This document shows positions 1 to 10,676 of a stretch of 64,000 nucleotides of DNA, one piece after another. How positions within the stretch are numbered: the stretch's first letter is position 1; each line of letters opens with the position of its first letter. The notes under the pieces are model-generated. The model was not told the origin of the DNA. It saw nothing but the letters and a program-made list of their open reading frames with translations, and ran no database searches. The DNA is from an uncultured virus (IMG/VR IMGVR_UViG_3300025309_000012) (lineage: Duplodnaviria; Heunggongvirae; Uroviricota; Caudoviricetes): the IMG/VR virus record IMGVR_UViG_3300025309_000012; one strand, 5' to 3'. The position numbers and the translations under genes were made by a program.

Positions 1-313
1 GAAGAGTTTGATAATTTTATTCACGGCACATATTATTGTCCGGATTGTGGTGCAATGGTAGTTGCTGGTCTTCCTCATCCAGACGTATGTGAAAAGTGCT
101 TAAACGAGAAAAAGGATTAAATGTTGGGGTTAAATATGCATGAAAAATGTATAAAGTGTAAATATAGAGAACATTATGTGAGTAATTCAAACCAAGATCA
201 TATCAATTTGTGTATAGTTTTACCATATGAAGAAGATGAGGAAATAACGACTTGGCTTGATGTTGAAGATTTTGATTCATCAGATTGTTGTTATTTCAAA
301 GAGGTTAGGAATA

Positions 314-781
314 TTGAGTAAGACTAAACTAAAATCAATTGATATTGAAATAGCAGTCGCGGCTTATTTAAATTTCAGGCATAATTTAATTGTGCCTAAT
401 GTGTGTTGGGGCATTCATATTCATGAATGTGATTTGCTTGTCATTACTAAAGCTGGTTACGCATGGGAAGTTGAAATTAAAGTTAGTAAAGCCGATTTAA
501 TAAAAGACACAGATAAGAGGCATGGGCATAAAGACAATCGAATTAAAGACCTTTATTTTGCCATGCCTGAAGAAATGAAAGATTGCATAGACCATGTTCC
601 AGAACGAGCGGGTATTATTTTAGTTAAAAACAATTTGAGATGCCAGACCATTAAAAAGCCTATTTCAAATCGAAATGCAGTCCCATTTAGTGATAGAGAA
701 AAATATAAAGTTGCGAGACTGGGTGCGTTACGTATTTGGGGACTGAAAAGAAAAATTATTAAGAAAGATAAAGAGGATTAG
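314..781 (+). CDS. PD-(D/E)XK nuclease-like protein (MmcB-like)
   Basis: ECDLL...EVEIKVSKADL motif; start probably TTG at 314 after GAGGTTAGGA rather than 257. Confidence 0.6.
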   Translation: MSKTKLKSIDIEIAVAAYLNFRHNLIVPNVCWGIHIHECDLLVITKAGYAWEVEIKVSKADLIKDTDKRHGHKDNRIKDLYFAMPEEMKDCIDHVPERAGIILVKNNLRCQTIKKPISNRNAVPFSDREKYKVARLGALRIWGLKRKIIKKDKED

Positions 782-1714
782 ATGAAGATGTTATGTTTTG
801 GTGATATTCATGCCAGATCAAATAACCCCAGATATAGGGTTGATGAATATTGGCAAACTTTATTGAATAAAATAGAATTTGGGCTAAATCTTGGGCTTGC
901 TAATAATTGTGAATATGTTGCCATGCCTGGAGATATCTTTGAAACACATAGAGTTTCAAATGCTGTTATTAGCAAAATGATAGATACAATGCTTAAATAT
1001 GGATATTTAAACATGACTTTTTTAGGCGTAGTTGGCAATCATGACGCACCATTTCATAATTTGAAATTGGAAAATTGTCCACTAAATGTTTTACAATCAG
1101 CACAAGTATTGGAAATTTTAGATAAAAACCCATATAACGACGATACTGCAAGTGATGGCAAGATTAATTTTTACGGTGCAAGTTGGGGTCAAACAATTCC
1201 TGAAATTAAAGATAAAGCAGCTTTTAATATTTTATTAATTCATAAAATGATAATTGGTGAAGACAAGATTTGGGAAGGGCAAGAACATTATGTCAGTGCT
1301 CGTACATTACTCGCTAAAAATGGATTCGATTTAATTATATCTGGGGATAATCATAATTGTTTTACTTCTGAATATTCAAAAAAAGTTTTACTGAATATGG
1401 GGAGTTTGGGTCGTATGACGGCTGGACAATTAGAGCATAAGCCGAAAGTTGCTATTTATGATACTAGCAATAGAACATATGAATTGTTTGAAGTTCCAAT
1501 TCAACCTTCTTCAGTTGTTTTCAATTTAGATGAGATCAGACATAAAAAACAAATAGCTGAAGAAAATGCTAAAATAAAAGAATATGTTAATTTTCTTAGT
1601 AGCAATGAAGAAAAGCAGGATTGGAATTATGTAAAGAATTTAAATAATTTTATGCTCAATAATGACATAAGAGACGAGATTAAAGAAATTGTCTTACAGA
1701 CATTGGAGGATTGA
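782..1714 (+). CDS. SbcD/Mre11-like metallophosphoesterase nuclease subunit
   Basis: GDIH, PGDIF, GNHD, GDNH, NMGSL..R motifs. Confidence 0.85.
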   Translation: MKMLCFGDIHARSNNPRYRVDEYWQTLLNKIEFGLNLGLANNCEYVAMPGDIFETHRVSNAVISKMIDTMLKYGYLNMTFLGVVGNHDAPFHNLKLENCPLNVLQSAQVLEILDKNPYNDDTASDGKINFYGASWGQTIPEIKDKAAFNILLIHKMIIGEDKIWEGQEHYVSARTLLAKNGFDLIISGDNHNCFTSEYSKKVLLNMGSLGRMTAGQLEHKPKVAIYDTSNRTYELFEVPIQPSSVVFNLDEIRHKKQIAEENAKIKEYVNFLSSNEEKQDWNYVKNLNNFMLNNDIRDEIKEIVLQTLED

Positions 1715-1715
1715 C

Positions 1716-1919
1716 GTGCCTCTTAGAGATTACTGTTGTAAAAATTGTCAATTTGTGATAGAAGATAAGTTAGTGTTTGCTGAAAACGAAGCGGAAGCTA
1801 TTTCATGTCCTAATTGCGGAAGCACTGCTTACAAGCTTCCTTCATTTGCTAATTTTGTCATAAAAGGGTATAATGCAAAGAACGGATATTCAAAAACAGA
1901 GGCTAATAATGGAAAATAA
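1716..1919 (+). CDS. FmdB-like zinc-ribbon protein
   Basis: PLRDYCCKNC...CPNCGS...F.IKG; GTG start after GGAGGA. Confidence 0.7.
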   Translation: MPLRDYCCKNCQFVIEDKLVFAENEAEAISCPNCGSTAYKLPSFANFVIKGYNAKNGYSKTEANNGK

Positions 1920-2053
1920 GTCTTGGTGTGTTTGCACAAATTATAATTGTCAATATGAAGGTGGATATGCGGAACCATATTCATTCTGTCCAGGGTGTGG
2001 GAATATTTTAGAGCCAACAAAAATAAGCATTGAAGAAAATGTAGAGGAAGACA

Positions 2054-2299
2054 ATGATTGATTTAAAACAGATTTCAACAGATTTAGAAAAATTAAATAA
2101 AGAAATTGTAAGTGCTGAAAAAGAACTTCTACAAGCTGAGGCTCAAAGAGATTTGCTTCAAAAACAAGGTTTAGAATTTGGCGTAAAAAATGTCAAAGAA
2201 GCTAAAAAGCAGATACTAGATAATGACAAAGAATTGGCAGATCTAGCTAATGAAATAGAAGAAAAATATAATAACTTAAAGGCTTTGTATGAATGGTAA
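2054..2299 (+). CDS. small coiled-coil protein
   Basis: heptad-rich 81 aa ORF with GAGGA RBS. Confidence 0.55.
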   Translation: MIDLKQISTDLEKLNKEIVSAEKELLQAEAQRDLLQKQGLEFGVKNVKEAKKQILDNDKELADLANEIEEKYNNLKALYEW

Positions 2300-2473
2300 A
2301 TTGATTTTAAGGAAAATATGGGACCATATTGCAAGATGTTTGGGGATTGTAGCGGTTATATTTATTATTTCATTTTGGCTAGGGTTCGGATTTTATTTTG
2401 GCATAATCTCAGCCTCTAATTTAGATTTCCTTATTTATGGATAATTTTTAATAGTATAAAATATATTAAAACA

Positions 2474-3178
2474 ATGATAAATAAAACAGAATTATCAAAT
2501 ATAAGAACAAAAGTCAATGACTTACTTGCTGATTTAAGGTCTTTAAACTCTTCTTTAAAAAATGAAGAAGAGAAAAAAATTAAGTATGAAAAGTACGGCC
2601 TCAGTGCTTTAGAGGCGAGAGCAATAATTCAGAATGTTTCGAAATCAACACAACAATTACTTGAAAAACAATTTAATTCGCTAGTCACACTTGCCATACA
2701 ATCTGTATTTCAAGACGATAGAGAATTTTCAATTGAATTTGTTGAAAAACGGAACAAGACAGAAGTTGAATGTTTTATAATTAAAGACGGACAAAAAATA
2801 GGACTATATGAAGGAGGTGGGGGATTAGTTGATGTAACAGCTATTGGTTGCACAATCGCTTTCTGGAATTTAGAGAGAAAAACAAGACCTATTTTTATTT
2901 TAGATGAAAAGTTCAAATTTCTCCATAGCCCGACATTACAGAAAAATTTGAGTCAGGTTTTAAAACTTATATCAGAAAAATTGGGCCTGCAATTTATTTT
3001 AATAACCGATCAATCTGATATTGTTGGTGATAAAGAATTCGGCGTTATTAAAGGCGAAATTTATGAAGTAAAGCCAACAGAAATTCAATGTCCTGAATGC
3101 GGAATAGCTTGTCTTTACTCTTATGTAAAAGACCAGACAGAAATATTTAGATGTAAGAATTGCGATTATATGGAGTAA
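2474..3178 (+). CDS. SbcC/Rad50-like ABC ATPase, C-terminal half only
   Basis: coiled coil, degenerate signature YEGGGG, Walker B FILDE, LQFILIT; no Walker A. Confidence 0.7.
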   Translation: MINKTELSNIRTKVNDLLADLRSLNSSLKNEEEKKIKYEKYGLSALEARAIIQNVSKSTQQLLEKQFNSLVTLAIQSVFQDDREFSIEFVEKRNKTEVECFIIKDGQKIGLYEGGGGLVDVTAIGCTIAFWNLERKTRPIFILDEKFKFLHSPTLQKNLSQVLKLISEKLGLQFILITDQSDIVGDKEFGVIKGEIYEVKPTEIQCPECGIACLYSYVKDQTEIFRCKNCDYME

Positions 3179-3419
3179 AAATGAAAATTTTATGTATTAA
3201 AGATGTTATAATGCAGGATGGAGAAATTGCTTTTTATAAAAATAAATCATACTTTACCTCATTCGATCCAGATAAAATAAATTTTAATATTATTGACCAT
3301 GTTGGGTTGTTTGCGGTTAATAGTGAAATATCCTTAGAACATAATATGACAAGACATTTTTTAAAAGAACATTTTTCATTGGATAAACATGAAGATAAGA
3401 CAGTTATAGTGGAGTAAAA

Positions 3420-3938
3420 ATGAAAATCGTTATAATCTTAAATGGTTATCCACGTAGTGGTAAAGATAGCTTTGCCAAATTTATAGGCCAGGCTTTGTTA
3501 GATAAAGGCGTACAAACCGATATTGTCAGTTCTGTATGTAATGTTAAAGATGCGGCAAAAATTTTGGGTTGGGATGGCGAAAAAACAGAAGTAAATAGAA
3601 AAGCTTTGTCTGATTTAAAAGATTTGTCTACAAAATATTGGGAAGGCCCATTCAATTTAATGTCAAATTGTGTCATGAAGATGAAAGAAAATCATTGCTT
3701 CGTATTCATGATTAGAGAACCAGAAGAAATTGAAAAATTTGTAGCTAGATTTCCACAATCAGTTTCGGTATTTATGAAAAGAGATGAGGCGAAAATAGAT
3801 TGTCTTAATCACGCCGATCAAAGCGTAGAAAATTATATTTATGATTATTACATTTACAATAACGAAGATTTAAAAAATTTATCAACTCAAGCACAGTTAT
3901 TAATAGAAAGGATAATTTATTATGGACAAACTAGATAA
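3420..3938 (+). CDS. P-loop nucleotide kinase-like protein (dNMP kinase type)
   Basis: GYPRSGKD Walker A, IREPEE, NHAD..V..Y.YD. Confidence 0.65.
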   Translation: MKIVIILNGYPRSGKDSFAKFIGQALLDKGVQTDIVSSVCNVKDAAKILGWDGEKTEVNRKALSDLKDLSTKYWEGPFNLMSNCVMKMKENHCFVFMIREPEEIEKFVARFPQSVSVFMKRDEAKIDCLNHADQSVENYIYDYYIYNNEDLKNLSTQAQLLIERIIYYGQTR

Positions 3939-4336
3939 GGAAAAATTAGACTTGCTCCAAGCCATGGCAATTTTATTTGAAGAATACGAAGATGTTGCCA
4001 GTCATACAATTGATTGCAGTATTAGCTTTGGTGACGATCCTTGTGAAGTACATTACTACAGTCCAGAAGAAGACAAGCCATTTTGCACAAGGTATGAAGA
4101 ATGAAAATAGAACTAGAAGAAAATCAAGCCGCTTTGATCCTAACCCTTGAAGAAGATGGAGAAAGCTGCAATATGAGAATTGTTTATGACAGAGGCCATG
4201 ACGATTTTCTACCAATTAATATCCAAATGTTATACGCTGTTGCGGAATTATTTCAAGGCAGTGAACAATTTATGGAAAGTATTCATAAAACAATTGTTGA
4301 AATTTTTAAAGAACCCACAACACATTAGGAGCGGTT

Positions 4337-5011
4337 ATGGAAGTAAAGGTTTTAGGTGAATATGGTTATGAATTTGCAAGATATGGATTTTCTCTAAGTT
4401 TTAAAGAGAGGTCTATTAAACCAACTGATTGGATGCTTTGCCCTAAAAATTGTCACAAAGAGTGCAGCGATTGTGATATTTTTGAAAGGCAGCAACATTA
4501 TGATAAAGTTTTAATTAAAAATGCAAATAGAGAAGGGGGCCACAATAAATTTTTAGAACACATATCTGTTTGGCTTGATGTTGAAGCTCCGTTAGAACTA
4601 TGGAAGCAAATCGACACCTATCGGGTCGGTCCAAGTAAACAGTCAGAGTCAACAATGCATACTTTAGATAAAAGAGATATGGCTGTTGAAGATTTTGATT
4701 TAGACGAAAAAGAACTAGAAAAAGAATGTATTTTAGACCCAACTGACATTGGGGACAAAAACCCTAGCTTAAAGCATATTTTAGGTTTATATTTGCAATA
4801 TCTTAATTTTATGCCGTCAAGAATTAAGTCGAAACTATTACCTCAAGGTTACAAACAAAGGCGTGAAATTGTTTTAAACTACAAAGTATTGCGACATATT
4901 ATCAACCAAAGAAAGGGACATAAATTACCTGAATGGCAATTTTTTATTAAATCAATTTATGAGCAAATTGAAAGACCAGAACTATTGCCCGAATACCCAT
5001 ATGAAAGATAA
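4337..5011 (+). CDS. ThyX-like flavin-dependent thymidylate synthase family protein
   Basis: HNKFLEHI, DTYRVG..QSESTMH, LLPQG, NYKVLRHI..QR..H.L.EW. Confidence 0.65.
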   Translation: MEVKVLGEYGYEFARYGFSLSFKERSIKPTDWMLCPKNCHKECSDCDIFERQQHYDKVLIKNANREGGHNKFLEHISVWLDVEAPLELWKQIDTYRVGPSKQSESTMHTLDKRDMAVEDFDLDEKELEKECILDPTDIGDKNPSLKHILGLYLQYLNFMPSRIKSKLLPQGYKQRREIVLNYKVLRHIINQRKGHKLPEWQFFIKSIYEQIERPELLPEYPYER

Positions 5012-5178
5012 ATATTATAAAAATATGACATTCTGTGTCTTTGAAGAATGTACGTTCTATCAAGATTGTGGTAGGAGATTAACAGAAAAAGATAAAAAAG
5101 ATGCCATTGAATGGTTTGGGTCTGACAAAGCCATAATTCAAATTTATCTTGATAAACCATATTGTTTTGAAGGAGAAG

Positions 5179-5769
5179 ATGAAAATATACTGTGATTATG
5201 ACAGCACTCTTAATACCTTAGCTCAGGCTTGGACAGATTGGGCAAATAGGCTTTATCATACTAATATTACTACAAAAGACATTTTGCACTGGAATTGGAT
5301 GGGAGAAAGATTCGGAGGAAGTGTTAATGATTTTTGGAAAAATGCCGATATTTATAAGAATGATGTTGTCACCGTACTTCCTGGTTCAATTCCTTTTATA
5401 AAAACCTTACAATCTTTATTTGGGAAAGAAAATGTATTTATTGTAACCCATTCATGGCCGGGAACAGAAGTAGAAAAAGACAAACAAATTAGAAGAAAAT
5501 TTGGTTTTATAAATATTATTCATGAAGCAGATAAATTTAGAGTAACAAATGATGGGATTTTAATTGACGACAGAGCCTGTACAGTAGGCTATCATTGTCA
5601 GATAAATAAAATGAGAGGAATTGTATTTAACAATAACAACAATTACGGTTGGTCAACAAAAGAATTTATTGAAGATTTTGAAACAGTACAGACCTTAGTT
5701 AGCTTTAAACAAAGCTATGAAGATACTTTCGAATATTTGGTTAAATTATATAAAGATGGTGTTTATTAA
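5179..5769 (+). CDS. 5'(3')-deoxyribonucleotidase (HAD family)
   Basis: MKIYCDYDSTL motif I and ILIDD; ATG after AAGGAG. Confidence 0.75.
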   Translation: MKIYCDYDSTLNTLAQAWTDWANRLYHTNITTKDILHWNWMGERFGGSVNDFWKNADIYKNDVVTVLPGSIPFIKTLQSLFGKENVFIVTHSWPGTEVEKDKQIRRKFGFINIIHEADKFRVTNDGILIDDRACTVGYHCQINKMRGIVFNNNNNYGWSTKEFIEDFETVQTLVSFKQSYEDTFEYLVKLYKDGVY

Positions 5770-6474
5770 TATGAAATACATGGGGAGTAAAAGGAGAATT
5801 GCAAAACACATATTGCCAATAATTTTAAAAGATAGAAAAGAAGAACAATGGTATGTAGAACCATTTGTCGGTGGTGCAAACATAATTGATAAAGTAGTTG
5901 GTAATAGGATTGGAGCAGATTGCAATGGATATTTAATTGCTCTTTTAAAAGAAATGCAAAATGATGAAATGATTTTCCCTTTATTGGGGAAGAAAAATAC
6001 AAAGAGATCCGGCAGAATAAAGAAAAATATCCAAGTTGGTTAGTAGGATATGTTGGCTTTCAATTATCTTTTGGCGCTAAGTTTTTTGGTGGATATAGAA
6101 GAGATAGCAAAAGTGTCAGAAATTATGAAAATGAAGCTATGCAAAATTTAAAAGCACAACAAAATTTAAAAGCACAACAAAATTTAATAAAAGATGTTTT
6201 ATTTTATTGCAATGATTATAAAAATATTGAAATTCCTAAAAACAGCATAATTTATTGTGACCCCCCATATAAAAATACTACTGGGTATAATAATAAATTT
6301 AATCATAATGAGTTTTGGGAATGGTGTGAATTAAAATCAAATGAAGGGCACAAAGTTTTTATATCAGAATATAAGGCCCCAATAAAATTCAAATGTGTTT
6401 GGTCAATGCCAGTAAAGACAAAAATTGATGTAAATTCAAAGAAGAATAGCATTGAAAAACTTTTTACAATTTAA
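5770..6474 (+). pseudogene. Dam/D12-class DNA adenine methyltransferase, frameshifted near 5975-5983
   Basis: MKYMGSK..YVEPFVGGA in one frame; in the -1 frame the reading runs GEEKYKEI..SFGAKFFGGY into IYCDPPY (6139..6474). May be a sequencing error. Confidence 0.75.
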
Positions 6475-6549
6475 TACAAGAAAGAAAATATTGTAGATAC
6501 TGTCAGGAATGGCCTTAACACCGCTTAGGTTAGGCGATTGGTATATTTA

Positions 6550-6565
6550 GCATACCTGACTATGG
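6550..6565 (+). repeat. GCATACCTGACTATGG site, copy 1
   Basis: identical 16-mer at 58144-58159; 14-bp core inverted at 57235-57248. Confidence 0.8.
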
Positions 6566-6611
6566 AAGGTAATAAAAATGTCTTAAAACGAATTGAGGAG
6601 GGCGGGTTGGA

Positions 6612-6812
6612 ATGGATACAAAAATAGATGCGTTTAATCGTACATTTTCAATTTTATGTGTTTGTGTAGTAACTGGATATATGGCTAGCGTTGGTTATGA
6701 AGTTTCAGACATTAGCATAATTGTAGAAAAGCTCGCATATTTAGCCGGGGCTTATATCGGCGTAAAAGAAGTTGGAAATATCATTGCCTCAGTAAAGGAG
6801 AACAAGCAATGA
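6612..6812 (+). CDS. small two-TM membrane protein (holin-like)
   Basis: two hydrophobic segments, charged C-terminus, strong RBS. Confidence 0.45.
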   Translation: MDTKIDAFNRTFSILCVCVVTGYMASVGYEVSDISIIVEKLAYLAGAYIGVKEVGNIIASVKENKQ

Positions 6813-7267
6813 AAGTATTGCTTTATCAAGGAATTAGTGTTGTATCAAAAATAATCAAATGGCAGACAAGAAGTCAATATAGCCATGCCGCAGTTGAACT
6901 AGATGATAGCAGTGTTATTGAATCCTGGCATAAGGGAGTAGAACACGTTAAAGATTATCGAACAAATCATACTAGCGGAACAGTTGTTGATGTTTTTGGG
7001 ATTAAAGCTCCATCAGAAAACATCGACCTTGCCGAATCTATTTTTCTAAAACAAGTTGGAAGAAAGTATGATTTTCAAGGAGTATTCAATTTTGTAACAA
7101 GAGAAGACATTAATGTTGATGAACGCTTGTTTTGTTCTGAATCAGTTATGACTGGGTTTAATGAAGCAGGTATTTATTTGCTGGAAAGGATTAAACCAAA
7201 TCTCGTTTCCCCACGTGATATTCATATTTCACCCTTGCTTTATTTTATTGAGAAAAGAATTGTATAG
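6809..7267 (+). CDS. permuted papain-like NlpC/P60 (YiiX/YebB) amidase
   Basis: SQYSHAAV, GRKYD, LFCSE, VSP motifs. Confidence 0.8.
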   Translation: MKVLLYQGISVVSKIIKWQTRSQYSHAAVELDDSSVIESWHKGVEHVKDYRTNHTSGTVVDVFGIKAPSENIDLAESIFLKQVGRKYDFQGVFNFVTREDINVDERLFCSESVMTGFNEAGIYLLERIKPNLVSPRDIHISPLLYFIEKRIV

Positions 7268-7418
7268 AGGTAAGTTATGAGAAAAGAAGAATTAAGTAGA
7301 GAAATACTGGCTGATGAGGCATGGAAAATGGAGTTAGGCGATCTTTGTGAAAGAGTTTTGAGATATAGTTATACTCCGGGTATTCATGACGAAATTTTGC
7401 TAGAAAGATGTAGAAAGC

Positions 7419-7853
7419 ATGATATTGGAGAAAAACAAAATCATCCTAATGAACGTTCTTGATCCATATTTTATAAAAATTGATGAAACCTTAATTCCTT
7501 ATCTTGGCGATATGCTAACTGAATTGTGTGAGTGCAAGTTAGAGGTTTGTCTAATCCCATCGCAGAATGACAGCACAAGAGAAGATGGAGGCATGATCAG
7601 AGTCTGTATTGGTAAAAATCCGGAGTGGTATAGTAATTTATGTTCTTCATATATTAGAAAATCAAAAAAGATAAAGAAACAAAGAACGATTATTAAAAGA
7701 AAAAATGTAATTGAATTGTTAGAACATATGATAAGAAATGGCTACAGCAAAAGTAAATATTGTGATTATTTGGTTAAAATTGCTACAGATAAGAAACAAG
7801 TTGAAGACCAGTACACATTAAATCAATTTGAACCATGGAATGATCAATTTTGA
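7419..7853 (+). CDS. hypothetical protein
   Basis: 144 aa ORF overlapping both neighbours. Confidence 0.5.
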   Translation: MILEKNKIILMNVLDPYFIKIDETLIPYLGDMLTELCECKLEVCLIPSQNDSTREDGGMIRVCIGKNPEWYSNLCSSYIRKSKKIKKQRTIIKRKNVIELLEHMIRNGYSKSKYCDYLVKIATDKKQVEDQYTLNQFEPWNDQF

Positions 7854-8209
7854 GGACAATTATAGCTGGATCAAGATCAATTGAAAGTTATATAGAATTA
7901 TTAAAAGCTATCTCTAAAATTGATTTTAAAATAACAGTTGTAATAAGTGGTGGAGCACATGGTGCAGACAAATTAGGCGAAAAATATGCAAAAAGACACG
8001 GAATTCCATTAGAAATATATGAAGCCAATTGGGATAGATATGGTAAAGGAGCGGGGCATATCAGGAATTCTTTAATGGCTGATAAAGCAGAAGCGTTGAT
8101 TTGTTTATGGGATGGAAAGAGCAATGGCAGTGCTGATATGATTAAAAAAGCAAGGGTGAATAATTTAATTACTAAAGTTTTTATTAAAGGAATGGAAGGG
8201 GAAAAATAA
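7850..8209 (+). CDS. SLOG/YspA-like protein (DUF2493 type)
   Basis: IIAGSR, VISGGA.GAD, AG.IRN..MA, WDGKS.G. Confidence 0.8.
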   Translation: MRTIIAGSRSIESYIELLKAISKIDFKITVVISGGAHGADKLGEKYAKRHGIPLEIYEANWDRYGKGAGHIRNSLMADKAEALICLWDGKSNGSADMIKKARVNNLITKVFIKGMEGEK

Positions 8210-8650
8210 ATGACAGTGTGGGTCAATGTTTTGAGAGAAGACAAGAGTTTGCCAATGCCAGAATTTAATTATGAAGGAGACGCAGGTTTTGACTTAAGAA
8301 GCGCAGAAGATGTTGTTATTTATCCAAATATGCCGTTACCTGCTAAGATCTCTACTGGAATGAGATTTAGTATCCCTCTAGGATATTGCATGGAAGTTCA
8401 TTCAAGAAGTGGATTAGCGGCTAAAAATCACTTGTTTGTAACCAATGGCCCTGGCATAATTGATAGTGTCTATACAGGCATTGTTTACGTATTATTAACT
8501 AATTTGGGCGAAGATCCTGTTCATATCAAACACGGTCAAAGGATTGCACAAGGCATTATTAAGAAATTGCCAGAAGTTATTTTTAAAGAAGTTGATACTA
8601 TTAAAGAAACTAAAAGGGGTGATAAAGGATTCGGAAGTAGCGGTATTTAA
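8210..8650 (+). CDS. dut: trimeric dUTPase
   Basis: AGFDL, SRSGLA, GIIDS.Y.G, RIAQ, RGDKGFGSSG. Confidence 0.95.
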   Translation: MTVWVNVLREDKSLPMPEFNYEGDAGFDLRSAEDVVIYPNMPLPAKISTGMRFSIPLGYCMEVHSRSGLAAKNHLFVTNGPGIIDSVYTGIVYVLLTNLGEDPVHIKHGQRIAQGIIKKLPEVIFKEVDTIKETKRGDKGFGSSGI

Positions 8651-8676
8651 AATCTGGTATTAACAATTATCTTAGA

Positions 8677-8710
8677 AAGGCAAGGTATGTACCTTGCCTT
8701 GTTTTGTCTT
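8677..8710 (+). terminator. intrinsic terminator-like hairpin between dut and nrdJ
   Basis: AAGGCAAGGT-ATGT-ACCTTGCCTT perfect 10-bp stem followed by GTTTTGTCTT. Confidence 0.6.
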
Positions 8711-8727
8711 AGGAGGTTTTTTATAAA

Positions 8728-10644
8728 ATGAATGATTTCCAGAAATATATCCATATTTCTAAATACGCTAGATATTTAGATAAAGAAAAAAGAAGAGAGA
8801 CATGGGAAGAGACAGTCAGTCGATATGTCCAATTCTGGGAAAGAAAATATCCAGAATTAATTATGGGCGATTTTAAAACAGAGATGTTTAATGTCATTTA
8901 TAATTTAGAATCAATGCCTTCTATGCGAGCATTAATGACATCAGGAAAGGCTTTAGAAAGAGACAATGCCTCTGGATACAATTGTACTGGTTGTGCTATA
9001 ACAAACCCAAGGGTTTTTGACGAATTGTTTTACTTGCTTATGTGCGGCTGTGGCTGCGGATTTTCAGTCGAAAGACAATATATTGTAAAACTACCTGAAG
9101 TGCCAGAAGAATTTTTTAAAAGTGATACTATTATATCAGTAGCAGATTCAAAAATAGGATGGGCATCAGCGTTAAGAGAATTAATAAGTTTGCTTTATGC
9201 CGGTAAAATTCCTAAATGGGATTTATCTAAAATAAGGCCCGCTGGAGCAAGATTGAAAACATTTGGTGGAAGAGCAAGTGGTCCTGATCCATTAAATTCA
9301 TTATTTAATTTTGTTGTAAAAACATTTAAAAATGCTACTGGTCAAAGACTTAACAGTTTAGAATGCCACGACATTATGTGTAAAATTGCAGATACAGTTA
9401 TTGTCGGTTCAGTAAGAAGGGCGGCGATGATTAGTTTCTCTAATCTATCAGATGATAGAATGAGAAGAGCAAAGAAAGGGGAATTTTGGTTAACTGCTCC
9501 TCAAAGATCATTAGCTAATAATTCTACAGCATATACAGAAAAACCAGATCTCGACGCTTTCTCAAAAGAATGGAGAAATCAATACATTTCTAAATCTGGA
9601 GAGAGGGGAATCGTAAATAAAATAGCTTTAAAGAAAAAAGCAGAATCTTGTGGAAGGGAATATGAAGGAGATTATATTTTAAATCCTTGCGCTGAAGCTA
9701 TTTTAAGAGATTCAGGACAAATGTGTAACTTATCAGAAGTTGTTATAAGACCAGAGGATTCATTAGAAGAATTAAAAAGAAAAGTAAAATGGGCGGCAAT
9801 TTTAGGAACACTCCAGTCAACCTTAACCGATTTCCGTTATTTGAGAAAAATATGGAAAGATAATATAAAAGAAGAAAGATTACTTGGAATTTCATTGACT
9901 GGCATTATGGACCATCCAGTAATGAGCGGAGAATGGGATAAATTCGATGATACTGTATGGGATCATTCAAGCTTTTGCGGTACATTTTCACTAAAAGAAG
10001 TCTTAGAAATATTAAAACAAACGGCAAGAGAAACGAATGAAATATGGGCAAATAAATTAGAAATAAACAAATCAAAACAATTGTCTTTAATAAAACCTAG
10101 CGGAACAGTTTCACAACTCGTTAATTGTTCTTCTGGAATACACCCTCGAATGTTCCCTTATTACATTAGAAGAGTCAGACAAGATAAAAAAGATCCATTG
10201 TCTAATCTCATGATTGACCAAGGTGTTCCATTTATAGAAGAACAGGATAAATATATTTTCTCTTTTTATATAAAATCACCAGAAAATGCTATAACTTCTG
10301 ATAATGTAAATGCTTTAGATCAATTAGTATTATGGAAAATATATCGTAATTATTGGTGTGATGGGAATCCAAGTCAAACAATCTACTATACAGATGACGA
10401 ATATTTTGCTATAGCTGATTGGATATGGAAAAATTGGGATGAAATAGGAGGTCTTTCATTTTTTCCTAAAAATGATCATTGTTATGAAAATGCACCATAC
10501 CAACAAATTACACAAAAAGAATATGAAAAGGCTATCTCAACCTTCCCAAAAATTGACTGGACTCAATTAATAAATTATGAAAAGGAAGATTTAACAACCT
10601 CTAATCAAGAGTTCGCATGTAGTGGAGGAAGTTGCGAAATTTAG
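8728..10644 (+). CDS. nrdJ: class II (adenosylcobalamin-dependent) monomeric ribonucleotide reductase
   Basis: RRETWEE, PSMR, YNC, NPCAE, CNLSEV, IKPSGT, C-terminal CSGGSCEI. Confidence 0.92.
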   Translation: MNDFQKYIHISKYARYLDKEKRRETWEETVSRYVQFWERKYPELIMGDFKTEMFNVIYNLESMPSMRALMTSGKALERDNASGYNCTGCAITNPRVFDELFYLLMCGCGCGFSVERQYIVKLPEVPEEFFKSDTIISVADSKIGWASALRELISLLYAGKIPKWDLSKIRPAGARLKTFGGRASGPDPLNSLFNFVVKTFKNATGQRLNSLECHDIMCKIADTVIVGSVRRAAMISFSNLSDDRMRRAKKGEFWLTAPQRSLANNSTAYTEKPDLDAFSKEWRNQYISKSGERGIVNKIALKKKAESCGREYEGDYILNPCAEAILRDSGQMCNLSEVVIRPEDSLEELKRKVKWAAILGTLQSTLTDFRYLRKIWKDNIKEERLLGISLTGIMDHPVMSGEWDKFDDTVWDHSSFCGTFSLKEVLEILKQTARETNEIWANKLEINKSKQLSLIKPSGTVSQLVNCSSGIHPRMFPYYIRRVRQDKKDPLSNLMIDQGVPFIEEQDKYIFSFYIKSPENAITSDNVNALDQLVLWKIYRNYWCDGNPSQTIYYTDDEYFAIADWIWKNWDEIGGLSFFPKNDHCYENAPYQQITQKEYEKAISTFPKIDWTQLINYEKEDLTTSNQEFACSGGSCEI

Positions 10645-10647
10645 TCC

Positions 10648-10676
10648 TTGCATTTATTTTGAAAACGTGGTATAAA
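10648..10676 (+). promoter_or_regulatory. sigma70-type promoter
   Basis: TTGCAT-17-TATAAA with TG extension. Confidence 0.5.

Noticed and set aside
8728..10644. Intein or intron in nrdJ
   Set aside because: Length and motifs are continuous, with no splicing motifs or inserted endonuclease.
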